A stretch of DNA of 64,000 nucleotides from Myxococcota bacterium. GTDB taxonomy: Bacteria; Myxococcota_A; UBA796; SXON01. Of the stretch, positions 45,250 to 54,820 are shown piece by piece. A program made the translations under genes and the position numbers. The number at the start of each line of letters is the position of its first letter. Within the stretch, counting starts at the first letter, position 1. The notes below the pieces were generated by a model. The model worked only from the letters and a program-made list of their open reading frames with translations, was not told the origin of the DNA and did no database searches. The DNA lies in contig JAZKFH010000024.1 in the NCBI GenBank assembly GCA_040386535.1, positions 1 to 64,000 on the forward strand, written 5' to 3'.

Positions 45250-45477
45250 TCAGGCGACCCGCTCCTTCCGCACCGCCTCGACGATCTCCTGCTCCGTCGG
45301 AAACCCCGCCGACGTCTTCTTCGCGACGATCTTCCCGTTCACCGCGACGGTGAAGATGCCGCCGCTCCCCTTGACCAGCTTCGCTTCCATGCCGAGGCCC
45401 TCTCGCAGCGCTTCCACCGCCCGGGTGGCGCGCGAGAGGTAGCCTCAAGCCGTGCAGTACGTGATGACGACGTCCAT
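45250..45477 (-). CDS. SelT/SelW/SelH (Rdx) family selenoprotein, UGA at codon 11 = Sec
   Basis: MDVVITYCTA-U-GYLSRATRAVEAL...KGSGGIFTVAVNGKIV..K...GFP.EQEI. CxxU motif and Rdx GxFxV(NG) motif; GGAGG RBS. Confidence 0.9.
45394..45446 (-). promoter_or_regulatory. Bacterial SECIS-like hairpin immediately 3' of the Sec UGA
   Basis: mRNA UGAGGC-UAC-CUCUCGC-GCG-CCACC-CGGGC-GGUGG-AAGCGCU-GCGAGAG-G-GCCUC folds into a long stem with a G-rich apical loop. Confidence 0.7.
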
Positions 45478-45505
45478 GGGACCTCCGTCGCGAAGGTAGT
45501 CACAT

Positions 45506-45841
45506 CAGGAGAATCGGGAACACAGGAGAATCGGATCCGGAGAATCAGGAATGCAGGAATAGAGGAAAGCGGGAGAAGGAACGGACCAGAACCCCGACCG
45601 ATCCTTGCCTTCATCTCCTTTTTCCTGCCTTCCTAGTTTCCTGCCTTCCTGCTTCTTCCGGGCTCCGATCCGGAGAATCAGGAATGCAGGAATAGAGGAA
45701 AGCAGGAGGGGGAACGGACCGTCCGCCTCCCCGACCGATCCTTGCCTTCATCTCCTTTTTCCTGCCTTCCTAGTTTCCTGCCTTCCTGCTTCTTCCGGAC
45801 TCCGCTGCCGGGTTTCCTGCCTTCCTGATTGTTCCGGATTC
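45506..45841. repeat. CAGGAA-based REP/REPIN-like array, locus 2
   Basis: Two tandem ~133-nt units (starting 45534 and 45667), each a purine-rich arm plus an inverted pyrimidine-rich arm; partial arms at both ends. Confidence 0.88.
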
Positions 45842-47518
45842 CTATGGCCCGTAGAGCTCCGCCAACAACCGATGCGCCAGCCGGTGCGCCGCCAACGCGC
45901 GCGACGACCCGCCGCTCGGGAGGTCCTTACGGGGGTCGTCGCGCTCCTTGCCCAGGGCGCCGTTGCGGACGAGGTCGGCGTCGAGCAGCAGGATCACGCG
46001 CGTCGCGCCGCGGGTGACTGAGGCGACCACCGGGCGGCCCAACGCGTCCGCCATCCAGACGTCCATCTCGCCGGTCACGGCCATGGGCCGGGCCTCCACC
46101 GCGTCGTCACCCACCTCGAACATCGGCCCGTCGGGCGCGGGCCGCTCGATCACCCACCGGGCCTCGGCGGGGCGGGGATCGGCGGCGCCGCGTGCAAGGC
46201 CGAGGCGGGCGAGCACCCCGTCGGTGATCGGCGCGGCGGGATCGAGCACCACGAGCACGCGGGGCGCGGTCAGGACCGCGTCGAGATCGGCGCGATCGCC
46301 CTGCGGCAGGAGCACCACCCCGCCGCTCGCCCCGACGCTCCCCGCCGTGCACCCCTCCCCTTTGCCCGTCCGCGCCGCCCACCGCTGCGCCTGCACCTGG
46401 AAGGTGCGGAACCCGCCGTCCGACACGCTCGTGCAGTCCGACTTGTCCGATCCCATCAGCGTCGTGACCGTGTCCGGCCCGCGCACGGGCGCCGGGATGG
46501 TGCGCCCCATCGCCCAGGCCATCGCGTTGGTGAACAGGCGCGCGTTGTCCTCGTAGCCGATGAGCCCGGCGCCGAACGCGTTCTGGTCGGCCAGGACCAC
46601 CACGCGGCCCGCGCCGTGTGTACCCGCGGCAACGACTGCCATCGGCCCGATCACCTCGTCGGGATCGTGCTCCAGGTTGCCCGTGAAGCCCGACGAGTCG
46701 GCCTTGCGGTAGGGCTCCCAGCGGTCGCGCCAGCTCTCGGCGGAGGTGGTGGCGAGCGCCGGAAGGCCCTCCACGACGCCGGCAGTCATGAACCCGAGCG
46801 TCTCCACGCCCGCCATCACCGGGTGCTCGCTCCGCGGCTGGAGCGAGTCCGCGAACACGCGGATCCAGCTCACCGATCGTGGCGTGAGCCGGTTGGTGGG
46901 ATCCGCCGCGGTGAGCGGCGGGAGCGTGATCCCGAGCGCGCGGGTCAGCGGCGCGAGGAGCTCCTGGTGAAAATAACAATTCGAGTGGTCCGTGATGAGC
47001 ACGAGGCCGCCGCCGCGCCGCACGAACGCCTCGAGCGCCACCACCTCGGACGTGCGCAAGGCGGCATTGTCCCCGCTCACGAGGTTCATGAAGACGGCGC
47101 TCGCCCCCGCTAGGCGCCGCCCCGACCAGCGCCAGCCGACCGACTCCACGTCCACGCCCGCCGCATGGAGGGGCGCGAACGCGCGCGCGAAGCCGTGCAT
47201 CTTGCTGTAGCCGAACGCGTCCATCGTGATGTCGGCGTCCCACGGCTGCTTTGACGTGTGCGCCTCGTCCACGAGCAGCGGACCGTCGGCACGCGGAGGG
47301 GTTCGCTCCAGCCAGCCTTCCTCCCACGCGCGCCACGCGGGCCCGCCGCGCCACCGGTAGAACGACGCATACCCGTCGTCGATCGCGTTCTCGGGGAGCG
47401 GATCGGTCCAGGGCGCGTCGACCTCGGCCCACTCGAGGCGCGGCCACAACCAGAGGAGCGCGGCGGCGGCGAGGCCGACCGACAGGGCGAGGGGGGCGAG
47501 GAGCGTGCGCCGCGTCAT
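45842..47518 (-). CDS. Membrane-anchored DUF4350/GATase1-like domain protein
   Basis: N-terminal TM; LVDEAH, FVRRGGGLVLITDH, GAGRVVVLAD. Confidence 0.75.
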   Translation of the reverse strand: MTRRTLLAPLALSVGLAAAALLWLWPRLEWAEVDAPWTDPLPENAIDDGYASFYRWRGGPAWRAWEEGWLERTPPRADGPLLVDEAHTSKQPWDADITMDAFGYSKMHGFARAFAPLHAAGVDVESVGWRWSGRRLAGASAVFMNLVSGDNAALRTSEVVALEAFVRRGGGLVLITDHSNCYFHQELLAPLTRALGITLPPLTAADPTNRLTPRSVSWIRVFADSLQPRSEHPVMAGVETLGFMTAGVVEGLPALATTSAESWRDRWEPYRKADSSGFTGNLEHDPDEVIGPMAVVAAGTHGAGRVVVLADQNAFGAGLIGYEDNARLFTNAMAWAMGRTIPAPVRGPDTVTTLMGSDKSDCTSVSDGGFRTFQVQAQRWAARTGKGEGCTAGSVGASGGVVLLPQGDRADLDAVLTAPRVLVVLDPAAPITDGVLARLGLARGAADPRPAEARWVIERPAPDGPMFEVGDDAVEARPMAVTGEMDVWMADALGRPVVASVTRGATRVILLLDADLVRNGALGKERDDPRKDLPSGGSSRALAAHRLAHRLLAELYGP

Positions 47519-47624
47519 CTGCGCCGCCCCTTAGCGTGCCGCGGTCGAACGCCACCCCTTCCGGCCGGGCTGTGCGGCGAACGCGGCATGCCCCGGGCTC
47601 GCCAGCAAGCTAGACCCGAAGGCG

Positions 47625-48380
47625 ATGTACCCCGTCCGCATTCCCCGCCATGCCTGCTCGCCGCGCGATCGCGCCCGCGCCGGCGATCTGTGGCGCCTCG
47701 TCCAGGAGGCCACGATCCAACATTCCGCCGAGGTGGGCTGGCCGCCGTCCCGCTATCGCGACGTGGGGTCGGGCTTCGTGGTGCGCGAGATGACGGGGCT
47801 GCACGAGCGCGAGGCGGAGTACGGCGAGGACCTGGTCGCCTACACCCGCGTGGTCGAGAGCCGGCGCGAGCTCTTGATGCGGCGCGAAAGCGGCATCCTC
47901 GGGGTGCTCCGCGGGAGCGTCGAGTGGGTGCACGTCGGCGGGGAGGGCGGCCCCACCCGCGCCCCCCGAGCGCTGGTGGAGGCGTTCCCCGTCGAAGCCC
48001 CCACCCTCCCGGTGGCCCTCCCGGAGTGGCAGGAGGTCGAGCACGTGGCCCTCCCCGATCTCGAGATCCGCCCGTGGTGGACCGAGATGGATCCCATGGG
48101 GCACGTGAACCACCCCCGCTACGTCGACTGGGCGGACGAGGCCGTGAGCGTCTGGCTCGCCGCCCGTGGCTTCGATCCGCTCGGCCTGGTGCCGGTCGCC
48201 GAGCGCGTCCGCTTCCGCGCGGCGGCCGTGGCGGGGCACGCCGTCGTCGTGCGGGGCTCGCTGGTTGGCAAGGTCGGCGGCGCCGCGGTGATCCATCTGC
48301 GCATGCGCCGGGGAGAAGAGCTCGTGTGTGACGTGATGCTCGTGCGGGCGCACCTCGCCGGCCCCGCGGTGTGGCCATGA
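47625..48380 (+). CDS. Acyl-ACP/acyl-CoA thioesterase (double hot-dog)
   Basis: LVQEA..HS, EMDPMGHVNHPRYVDW. Confidence 0.85.
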   Translation: MYPVRIPRHACSPRDRARAGDLWRLVQEATIQHSAEVGWPPSRYRDVGSGFVVREMTGLHEREAEYGEDLVAYTRVVESRRELLMRRESGILGVLRGSVEWVHVGGEGGPTRAPRALVEAFPVEAPTLPVALPEWQEVEHVALPDLEIRPWWTEMDPMGHVNHPRYVDWADEAVSVWLAARGFDPLGLVPVAERVRFRAAAVAGHAVVVRGSLVGKVGGAAVIHLRMRRGEELVCDVMLVRAHLAGPAVWP

Positions 48381-48393
48381 GCGGCGGGCCCCG

Positions 48394-50787
48394 TTGCGGT
48401 TGACCCTCCTGCTCGCCCTCGTCGGCTGCGCCCAGTACCGCACGTACCCGCTGCTCACGCTCGAGGGGCCCGGCGCCGCCGCGCTCGAGCCCACCGGGGT
48501 GGCCGTGCTCTCGGACGGCAGCATCGTCGCAATCGCCGAGGGCGACGCGCGCGCCCTGCTCGTGCCCGTGCCCGACCGCGTCGAGGACCGGGGCAGCGCC
48601 CTCACCATCTTCCCCCTGACGGACGGGCGGGACGGGTGTGACGACCCCTCCTGCACCGCCCGCGCCTACCGTGCGAGCGTCCGCCTCCGCGAGCAGCCCA
48701 TCCGCTGGCTCCCGCGCGAGCGCCGCGTCAGCGCGCCCTACAACGTCCAGGATCTCGCCCCCTTCGGCCCCGAACGGGTGATGGGCGTCACCGAGTACAC
48801 GACGATCGGCCGCCGCACCGGCTACCAGAAGGACTTCGTCGCCCGCCCGCGCCAGCAGACCGAGCGCCTGTTCGTGCTCGAGCGCCAGGGCGACGCGTGG
48901 CAGGAGGTCGAGGTCCCCGAGATCGAGGCGCTGCGCGGCGCCTTGTCGGACTGGGGCCGCGCCAATTGCGACGGGGACATGCTGGTCGAGGGCCTCGCGT
49001 GGGATCCCGCCGGCGAGCGCGTCTACGTGGGGCTCCGCCGCTGTGGCGGGCCGGTCGCGCGGGTGCTCGGCTGGAACCTCGGGAGCGCGCGGCTCGGCCG
49101 GGCCACCGATCTCGTGGTCGTGGCTGACGGCGTCGCCGGCGCCGAGACCGGGCCCGAGGAGGGCGTGAGCGGCCTCTGTTTCGCCGAGGGCAAGCTCTGG
49201 GCGCTCACCGCCTGGGACTCCTACGGCTACGACGTCGAGCCGGCCTTCGGCGGGCGCCTGCACGAGGTGCACGACGGCGCGCTCCACCCGGTCGATCTCC
49301 CGGGCCCCTTCGTCGACCGTCCCGCCGCCCTCGCGGTCCTCGACTCCGGCAATCGCCGCGCGGGCCTCGACGCGATCGTGCTGTTCGACAACGACGCCGA
49401 TTCGCGCTCCCGCCCCGATCTGACCGTGCTCCAGGCCCGCACGCCGCGCCCCCGCGACGAGCGCTACGCCGAGCTGGTCGACATCCAGGAGCAGCCCGAT
49501 CCGCTCCCGCTCGGCCTCAACGGCTTCGACTTCCGCTGGTGGGTGCGCGACCACCGCCTCGGCCACCTCGCCGCCGTGCTCGACCGCAAGTTCAACGCCA
49601 GCGGGGGGAGCACGTTCGGCGCGTGGACCCGCGCGCTCGGCGGGCTCTGGCAGATCCGGGTGGGCGGGAGCGCCGGCCTCGCGAGCCGGTGGCTCCCCGG
49701 CAGCGCGCGAATCGGCCACAACAAGCAGGCCGTGGCGTTCACCGACTATTCGAAGACCGGGCTGAAGTTCACCCGCTACCGCGCCCGGATCTCCGTCATC
49801 CCGCGCGACCGCATCCGCCGGGACGCCTCCGCGGCCGGCCTCCTCGGCGACAACCGCGAGGCGTGGCGCGTGACCGTGCAGCTCCCCGCGCCGGTCCCGG
49901 GCGCCGGCCTCGTGCTCCAGGGCTTCGAGATCGACACGTCCTCGCGCGCCGACCGCGGCATCTGCCTCGCCGCGATGGACCTCGGCGTGGACTGGCACTC
50001 CGACGCTCGCGACGCCGTCGACCTGCAGGCCACCCTCATCGGCGGCCTGTGCAACGACTTCGACTACCGCGGGCCCGACTACTTCCACGGGCTCACCACC
50101 GAGGTCGAGGGCGGCGTGCTCGTCACGCTCCACTACGCCGTCGTCGAGGGCGCGGAGAGCACGGCGTGGAGCATCGGGCTCTACGATCGTGACGTCCCGC
50201 GGCCCCCCGGCGAGCCCTCTGCTCCCGGCGAGCCGCCGGACCTGCGCGACGAGGCCTCGCGCGCCCACCTCCACTGCGCCCGCGTGTCGCCAGACGGGAC
50301 GGTGGCCCAGCTCCCGCGGCAGGCCGACGCCCCGCCGCCGGACTGGTTGTCGCAGGGCATGCTGCTCGACGGCACCGTCGGGGCCGGCGCCTCCTCGCTC
50401 CGCGGCTTCGCCATCGCCCTCGACCCCGCCGGCTTCGATCCGCTCACCGGGCCGCGCCCGCTCACCGAGGAGGAGTCGATGGACCGCAACAATTACATCT
50501 ACCGCTACCTCGTGCGCGCACTGCCCGACGCCGGCGGCACCTTCATCGAGGGCGGGATGACCCACGGCATCCACGCACGCGGCCCGATGCGCGACAACGC
50601 GCGGCCCTCCGCGCTCGCCCTCCGCGTCGACCTCACCAGCTTCCCCACGCTCCCCGGCGCCGTCGCGAACGACATCACCTGGCCGCGCCGCGCGGAGGAC
50701 CCCAACCTCCTCCCGGAAGACGGCTACGTGCGCTGGTCCCAGACCCACCCCGCCGAGCCGGAGCCGAAGTGTTCGCCGTCCTGGTGA
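48394..50787 (+). CDS. Large hypothetical lipoprotein (N-terminal beta-propeller-like)
   Basis: Lipobox LVGC; EPTGVA, VEGLAWD, GVSGL blade-like motifs. Confidence 0.8.
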   Translation: MRLTLLLALVGCAQYRTYPLLTLEGPGAAALEPTGVAVLSDGSIVAIAEGDARALLVPVPDRVEDRGSALTIFPLTDGRDGCDDPSCTARAYRASVRLREQPIRWLPRERRVSAPYNVQDLAPFGPERVMGVTEYTTIGRRTGYQKDFVARPRQQTERLFVLERQGDAWQEVEVPEIEALRGALSDWGRANCDGDMLVEGLAWDPAGERVYVGLRRCGGPVARVLGWNLGSARLGRATDLVVVADGVAGAETGPEEGVSGLCFAEGKLWALTAWDSYGYDVEPAFGGRLHEVHDGALHPVDLPGPFVDRPAALAVLDSGNRRAGLDAIVLFDNDADSRSRPDLTVLQARTPRPRDERYAELVDIQEQPDPLPLGLNGFDFRWWVRDHRLGHLAAVLDRKFNASGGSTFGAWTRALGGLWQIRVGGSAGLASRWLPGSARIGHNKQAVAFTDYSKTGLKFTRYRARISVIPRDRIRRDASAAGLLGDNREAWRVTVQLPAPVPGAGLVLQGFEIDTSSRADRGICLAAMDLGVDWHSDARDAVDLQATLIGGLCNDFDYRGPDYFHGLTTEVEGGVLVTLHYAVVEGAESTAWSIGLYDRDVPRPPGEPSAPGEPPDLRDEASRAHLHCARVSPDGTVAQLPRQADAPPPDWLSQGMLLDGTVGAGASSLRGFAIALDPAGFDPLTGPRPLTEEESMDRNNYIYRYLVRALPDAGGTFIEGGMTHGIHARGPMRDNARPSALALRVDLTSFPTLPGAVANDITWPRRAEDPNLLPEDGYVRWSQTHPAEPEPKCSPSW

Positions 50788-51926
50788 TCGCCGCGCTCCT
50801 GGCCCCCGCGCACGCGCAGGAGCCGCCGACCATCACGTGGACGCCGATCCTCGAGGTGCGGCAGCGCCTGTACGTCGCGGACGGCGACCTCGGCGACGAC
50901 CAGGAGACCAGCCGCGCCGTGGCCCAACGCGCCCGCCTCGGCTTCGGCGTGCGCCGCCTCGGCGTCTCCGCCCGCGTCAGCTTCCAGGACGTGCGCAAGT
51001 GGACCGCCACCAGCGACGTCGCCGCGCCCCCGGCCTTCCTCCCGAGCATCGCGGAGGGGTGGGTGCGCCTGGAGGGTGACCTCACGCGCAACGTCGGCGC
51101 GATCGCGACGATCGGCCGCCAGCCGCTCTCGCTCCACGAGGGCCGGATCCTGGGCGAGGACAACTTCTCGCCCGAGGGCCAGTTCTTCGATGCCGTGCGG
51201 CTCGTGGGCCGCCTCTCGCCCCTCACGGTCGAGTACGTGAACGCGCGGCGGTTCCTCGATCCCGAGGCCGAGCCGCTCGGCTTCGGCGTCAACGTGTTCC
51301 GCGTCGGCGCGAGCGGCGAGAACCCCGTCACCGCCTGGACCGCCGATGCCGTGTGGGTCGTGGACGCGCGGCGCACCACCGAGACCACCTCGACCGGCGG
51401 GGCGTGGCTCCGCTTCGACACCGGGCGTTGGCGCGGGCGCGCCGAGGGGTACCTCCAGTCGAGCACCGCGGGGACCGCCACCCTGCTCGCGCTCTCGGCC
51501 GGCTGGGTGTTCGGCCCGAACGAGCGGCTCGTCGTCTTCGCGCGGTACGACGGCCTCTCCGGCGAACGTTCGCCCGAGCCCGGAGGCCTCACCGCGTGGC
51601 AGCCCGTGCTCGGGGACAGCCGGCGTTTCAACGGCCTCCTCGGCCGCTTCGCCGAGCCCGGCGACAGCGACAATCGCGGGCTCTCCGACGCCCACCTCGT
51701 CGTCGAGGCGAGGCCCGCGCCGCAGGTCGCCACGACGCTCGCGATGCATCGTTTCTGGAGCCCCCTGGACGGTGGCGGGTTCGGAAGCGAGATCGACGGG
51801 ACCGCGCGCTGGACCTTCTCGCCGTTCGCCGCCGCCGCGCTCGGTGGAGCCTGGTTCGCCCCGGACGCCACCGCGGACGACACCCACCGCCTCTTCGCCT
51901 ACCTGGAGCTCGATGTCGCGTTTTGA
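50769..51926 (+). CDS. Outer-membrane beta-barrel (alginate export AlgE-like)
   Basis: Signal peptide AHA|Q; QRARLG, IGRQ.L....GR, FDAVR, GSEID; C-terminal Phe. Confidence 0.8.
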   Translation: MFAVLVIAALLAPAHAQEPPTITWTPILEVRQRLYVADGDLGDDQETSRAVAQRARLGFGVRRLGVSARVSFQDVRKWTATSDVAAPPAFLPSIAEGWVRLEGDLTRNVGAIATIGRQPLSLHEGRILGEDNFSPEGQFFDAVRLVGRLSPLTVEYVNARRFLDPEAEPLGFGVNVFRVGASGENPVTAWTADAVWVVDARRTTETTSTGGAWLRFDTGRWRGRAEGYLQSSTAGTATLLALSAGWVFGPNERLVVFARYDGLSGERSPEPGGLTAWQPVLGDSRRFNGLLGRFAEPGDSDNRGLSDAHLVVEARPAPQVATTLAMHRFWSPLDGGGFGSEIDGTARWTFSPFAAAALGGAWFAPDATADDTHRLFAYLELDVAF

Positions 51927-52818
51927 AACCCCCCGCCCTCCGGCCAGGCGGGCCGTGAAGCCCGAGCCCGCGGACGAGCCGGGCGTGTGGGGCGAGGTCA
52001 TCGAGATGGTCGGCAAGCGCGTGCGCGTGCGTCTCGACCCGTCGGACTCGGGAGAAGGCGGCGAGCACGTCTTCCCCGTGCGCGCCAAGGTCGCCATCTC
52101 GGACCGTGTGCGTGTGCATGACGGCGCGGTCGTCGCCTTCGAGCCGCGCTCGGCCGAGCTGATGCGCAGCGGCCTGCACAAGACCCAGGTGGTGTGCGCC
52201 AACGCGTCGATGCTGGTGATGGTCGTGGCCGCGCGCGAGCCGCCGTTCCGTGCCGGCCTCATCGACCGCGTGCTGGTCGCCGCGGGCGCCGCGGGCATGA
52301 AGGCCTCGATCGTGCTGAACAAGTGCGACCAGGGCATGCCCTCGGAGGTGCTCGAGAAGCTCGCCCGCTACGAGGCGCTCGGGTACCCGATCTTCCTCGT
52401 CTCGGCGCTCCAGAAGAAGGGGCTCGACGAGCTCACGGCGATGCTCTCGCAGCACACGAGCGTGTTCGTGGGGCACTCGGGCGTCGGCAAGACATCCCTG
52501 CTCCAAGTCATCGTGCCCGGCGTGGTGCGCGACATCGGCGTGCTCGACCAGTGGGGCCGCGGCCGCCACACCACGATCGCGGCGGTGCGCTTCGATCTGC
52601 CCGGCGGTGGGCGCGTCATCGACGTGCCGGGCGTGCGCGAGTTCGGCCTCGAGCACATCGACCGCGAGAACCTGCACCGCTACTTCCCCGAGCTCGCGGA
52701 GCTGCGGTGCAAGTTCCGCGACTGCATGCACATGGGCGAGGACGGCTGCCTCGCCGAGGACGCATGCACCGAGGAGCGCCTCGAGAGCTACCAGAAGCTG
52801 GTGGAAGAGCTGGTCTGA
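51913..52818 (+). CDS. rsgA: Ribosome small subunit-dependent GTPase A
   Basis: Circularly permuted NKCD / GHSGVGKT / GRHTT / DVPG; Zn motif CKFRDC.H..E.GC. Confidence 0.93.
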   Translation: MSRFETPRPPARRAVKPEPADEPGVWGEVIEMVGKRVRVRLDPSDSGEGGEHVFPVRAKVAISDRVRVHDGAVVAFEPRSAELMRSGLHKTQVVCANASMLVMVVAAREPPFRAGLIDRVLVAAGAAGMKASIVLNKCDQGMPSEVLEKLARYEALGYPIFLVSALQKKGLDELTAMLSQHTSVFVGHSGVGKTSLLQVIVPGVVRDIGVLDQWGRGRHTTIAAVRFDLPGGGRVIDVPGVREFGLEHIDRENLHRYFPELAELRCKFRDCMHMGEDGCLAEDACTEERLESYQKLVEELV

Positions 52819-52833
52819 AGGCAGGGAAGCAGG

Positions 52834-52877
52834 CCGGCTTCGCGGGCGCTGACGCGCCCGCATCGCCGGAGGTTTTT
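52834..52877 (+). terminator. Terminator-like hairpin between convergent rsgA and sucB
   Basis: CCGGC-TTC-GCGGGCGC-TGAC-GCGCCCGC-ATC-GCCGG followed by a T-run. Confidence 0.6.
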
Positions 52878-52885
52878 CCCCGCGG

Positions 52886-54106
52886 TCAGATCTCCAGCAA
52901 CATCCGCTCGGGCGCCTCGATGCACTCCTTGATGCGCACCAGGAAGCTCACGGCCTCGCGCCCGTCGAGCAGGCGGTGGTCGTAGGAGACCGCGAGGTAC
53001 ATCATCGGGCGGATGACGATCTGATCGTCGATCACGACGGCGCGCTTCTGGATGGCGTGCATCCCGAGGATCGCGACCTGCGGCGGGTTCAGGATCGGCG
53101 TGCTCATCATCGAGCCGAAGATGCCGCCGTTGCTGATCGTGAAGGTGCCACCCTGCAGATCGTCGACCGAGAGCGCGTTGTCGCGCGCCTTCTGGCCGTA
53201 CTCGGCGATGACCTGCTCGGTCTCCGCGAAGGAGAGCTGGTCGGCGTGACGCACCACCGGCACCACGAGCCCGCGCGGCCCGCTGACCGCGACACCCACG
53301 TGGTAGTAGTGCTTGTAGACGATGTCCGTGCCGCGGATCTCGGCGTTCGCGGAGGGGAACGCTTTGAGCGCCTCGACCGCGGCCTTCGCGAAGAAGCCCA
53401 TGAAGCCGAGCTTGATTCCGTACTTCTTGACGAAGCGGTCCTGGTAGCGCTCGCGCAGCGCCATGACCGCGCTCATGTCGACCTCGTTGAAGGTCGTGAG
53501 GATCGCGGCGTTCTGTTGCGCCTCGACCAGCCGCTGCGCGATCTTCTTGCGCAGGTTGGTCATCGGCACGATCTCGATCGGCTCGTCGCCGACGGGCTCC
53601 GCCACGCTGCCCTGACGGGCGGCAGCGGCGTCGACGTCGGCGCGGGTCACCCGGCCGCCCTTGCCGCTGCCGGGCACGGTCTCGACGCCGGCGTCGCGCA
53701 TGGCCTTGCGCACGGCGGGGCCGGCGGGCGCCGCCTTGCCGGACGATGCTGCCGCGGGCGTGGCGGTGGCCTTGGCCGAGGGCGAGGCCACCGGAGCCGC
53801 GCTCTTCGGGGTCTCGCCCTTCGGCGCCACGGCGGCGCTCGCCGCGGGCGCGGCCACCTCGGGCGCCTGGCCCGGCGTGATGTGGGCGATCACCTGCCCG
53901 ACGGTCACCTCGTCCCCGGAGGCCGCGAGCTGATCGGCGAGCTGGCCGGCCGCCGGCGAGGGCAGCTCCACGCTGGCCTTGTCGCTGTCGAGCTCGACCA
54001 ACGACTCGTCTACCTTGACCCACTCACCCGGCTTCTTCAGCCAGCGCGCGATGGTCGCCGTCTTCACCGACTCGCCCATCGAGGGCACCCGAACGTCCAC
54101 GCTCAT
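52886..54106 (-). CDS. sucB: 2-oxoglutarate dehydrogenase E2, dihydrolipoyllysine succinyltransferase
   Basis: Lipoyl domain [41 protein letters not shown]. Confidence 0.95.
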   Translation of the reverse strand: MSVDVRVPSMGESVKTATIARWLKKPGEWVKVDESLVELDSDKASVELPSPAAGQLADQLAASGDEVTVGQVIAHITPGQAPEVAAPAASAAVAPKGETPKSAAPVASPSAKATATPAAASSGKAAPAGPAVRKAMRDAGVETVPGSGKGGRVTRADVDAAAARQGSVAEPVGDEPIEIVPMTNLRKKIAQRLVEAQQNAAILTTFNEVDMSAVMALRERYQDRFVKKYGIKLGFMGFFAKAAVEALKAFPSANAEIRGTDIVYKHYYHVGVAVSGPRGLVVPVVRHADQLSFAETEQVIAEYGQKARDNALSVDDLQGGTFTISNGGIFGSMMSTPILNPPQVAILGMHAIQKRAVVIDDQIVIRPMMYLAVSYDHRLLDGREAVSFLVRIKECIEAPERMLLEI

Positions 54107-54189
54107 CGAGCCTCCGGACCGCCGGCCTATCGCGATGTGAGCCGGAGCGTCAGGCCTCTCTTCACGGCGCGCCCGTGATGGTCAGGGAG

Positions 54190-54771
54190 TCAAGCGCCCG
54201 CGCGGTGGAACGCGAACGAGATCCCGTCCCGCACGAGGTGTCGCAAGCGGCTCGCCGGGCGGCGCCACGCGGGAGAGTCGACCGGCCACGCGAGCGGCTC
54301 GAAGCCCACGTCCCGCGCGATCGCCAGGGCGCGCGCCATGTGGAACGGCTCGGTCACGATCCACACGCGGAGCACCTCGTTCGGCAGGATCCCCCGGCTG
54401 TTCAGCAGGTTGCTCTTCGTGTTGCGGCTCTTGTCCTCGATCGTGATGGCCGAATCGGGGACGCCCTTCGCGAGCAGGATCGATCGCGCCACCACGGCCT
54501 CGCCGGGCGGGTTCAGGTGGTGCGCCCCCGTCGTGACGATGCGCGGCGCGCCGCCCGCGTGGAACAACGCCGCGCCGGCCTCCGCCCGCGCCCGCAGGGA
54601 CCCCGAGGCCACGCCGCCGGGCAGCACCGTGGCGCCGAGCACGATGATCGCGTCGGCCGGGCCCTCCGCCGCGGGCAGCCGCGCGCCCGCCCACACCGCC
54701 TGGAACGCGGGCACGAGCTCCGACGCCGCGCGGAGCGGCAGGGCGGGATCCCAACGTCGCATCCGTTCCAT
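54190..54771 (-). CDS. YdcF/DUF218 (ElyC/SanA-like) protein
   Basis: DAIIVLG, IVTTG, EDKSRNT..N, VTEPFHMARA. Confidence 0.88.
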   Translation of the reverse strand: MERMRRWDPALPLRAASELVPAFQAVWAGARLPAAEGPADAIIVLGATVLPGGVASGSLRARAEAGAALFHAGGAPRIVTTGAHHLNPPGEAVVARSILLAKGVPDSAITIEDKSRNTKSNLLNSRGILPNEVLRVWIVTEPFHMARALAIARDVGFEPLAWPVDSPAWRRPASRLRHLVRDGISFAFHRAGA

Positions 54772-54820
54772 TTAGTCTGGTGCGCCCGTGCTCGCGGCGC
54801 CATCGCGATAGACGCGCCCC

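Noticed and set aside
45506..45841. Possible CRISPR array in the repeats (also 26024-26243)
   Set aside because: Arms alternate in orientation, linkers are conserved rather than unique spacers, and no cas genes are present.
47515..50748. 1077-aa minus-strand ORF and other long Arg/Ala/Gly-rich ORFs (e.g. 12845-15313, 37195-39810, 58954-61386, 6249-8498)
   Set aside because: Stop-poor shadow frames expected at very high GC; each overlaps a motif-supported gene.
52886..54106. sucB without adjacent sucA/lpd
   Set aside because: Split dehydrogenase operons are common; not informative without the rest of the genome.
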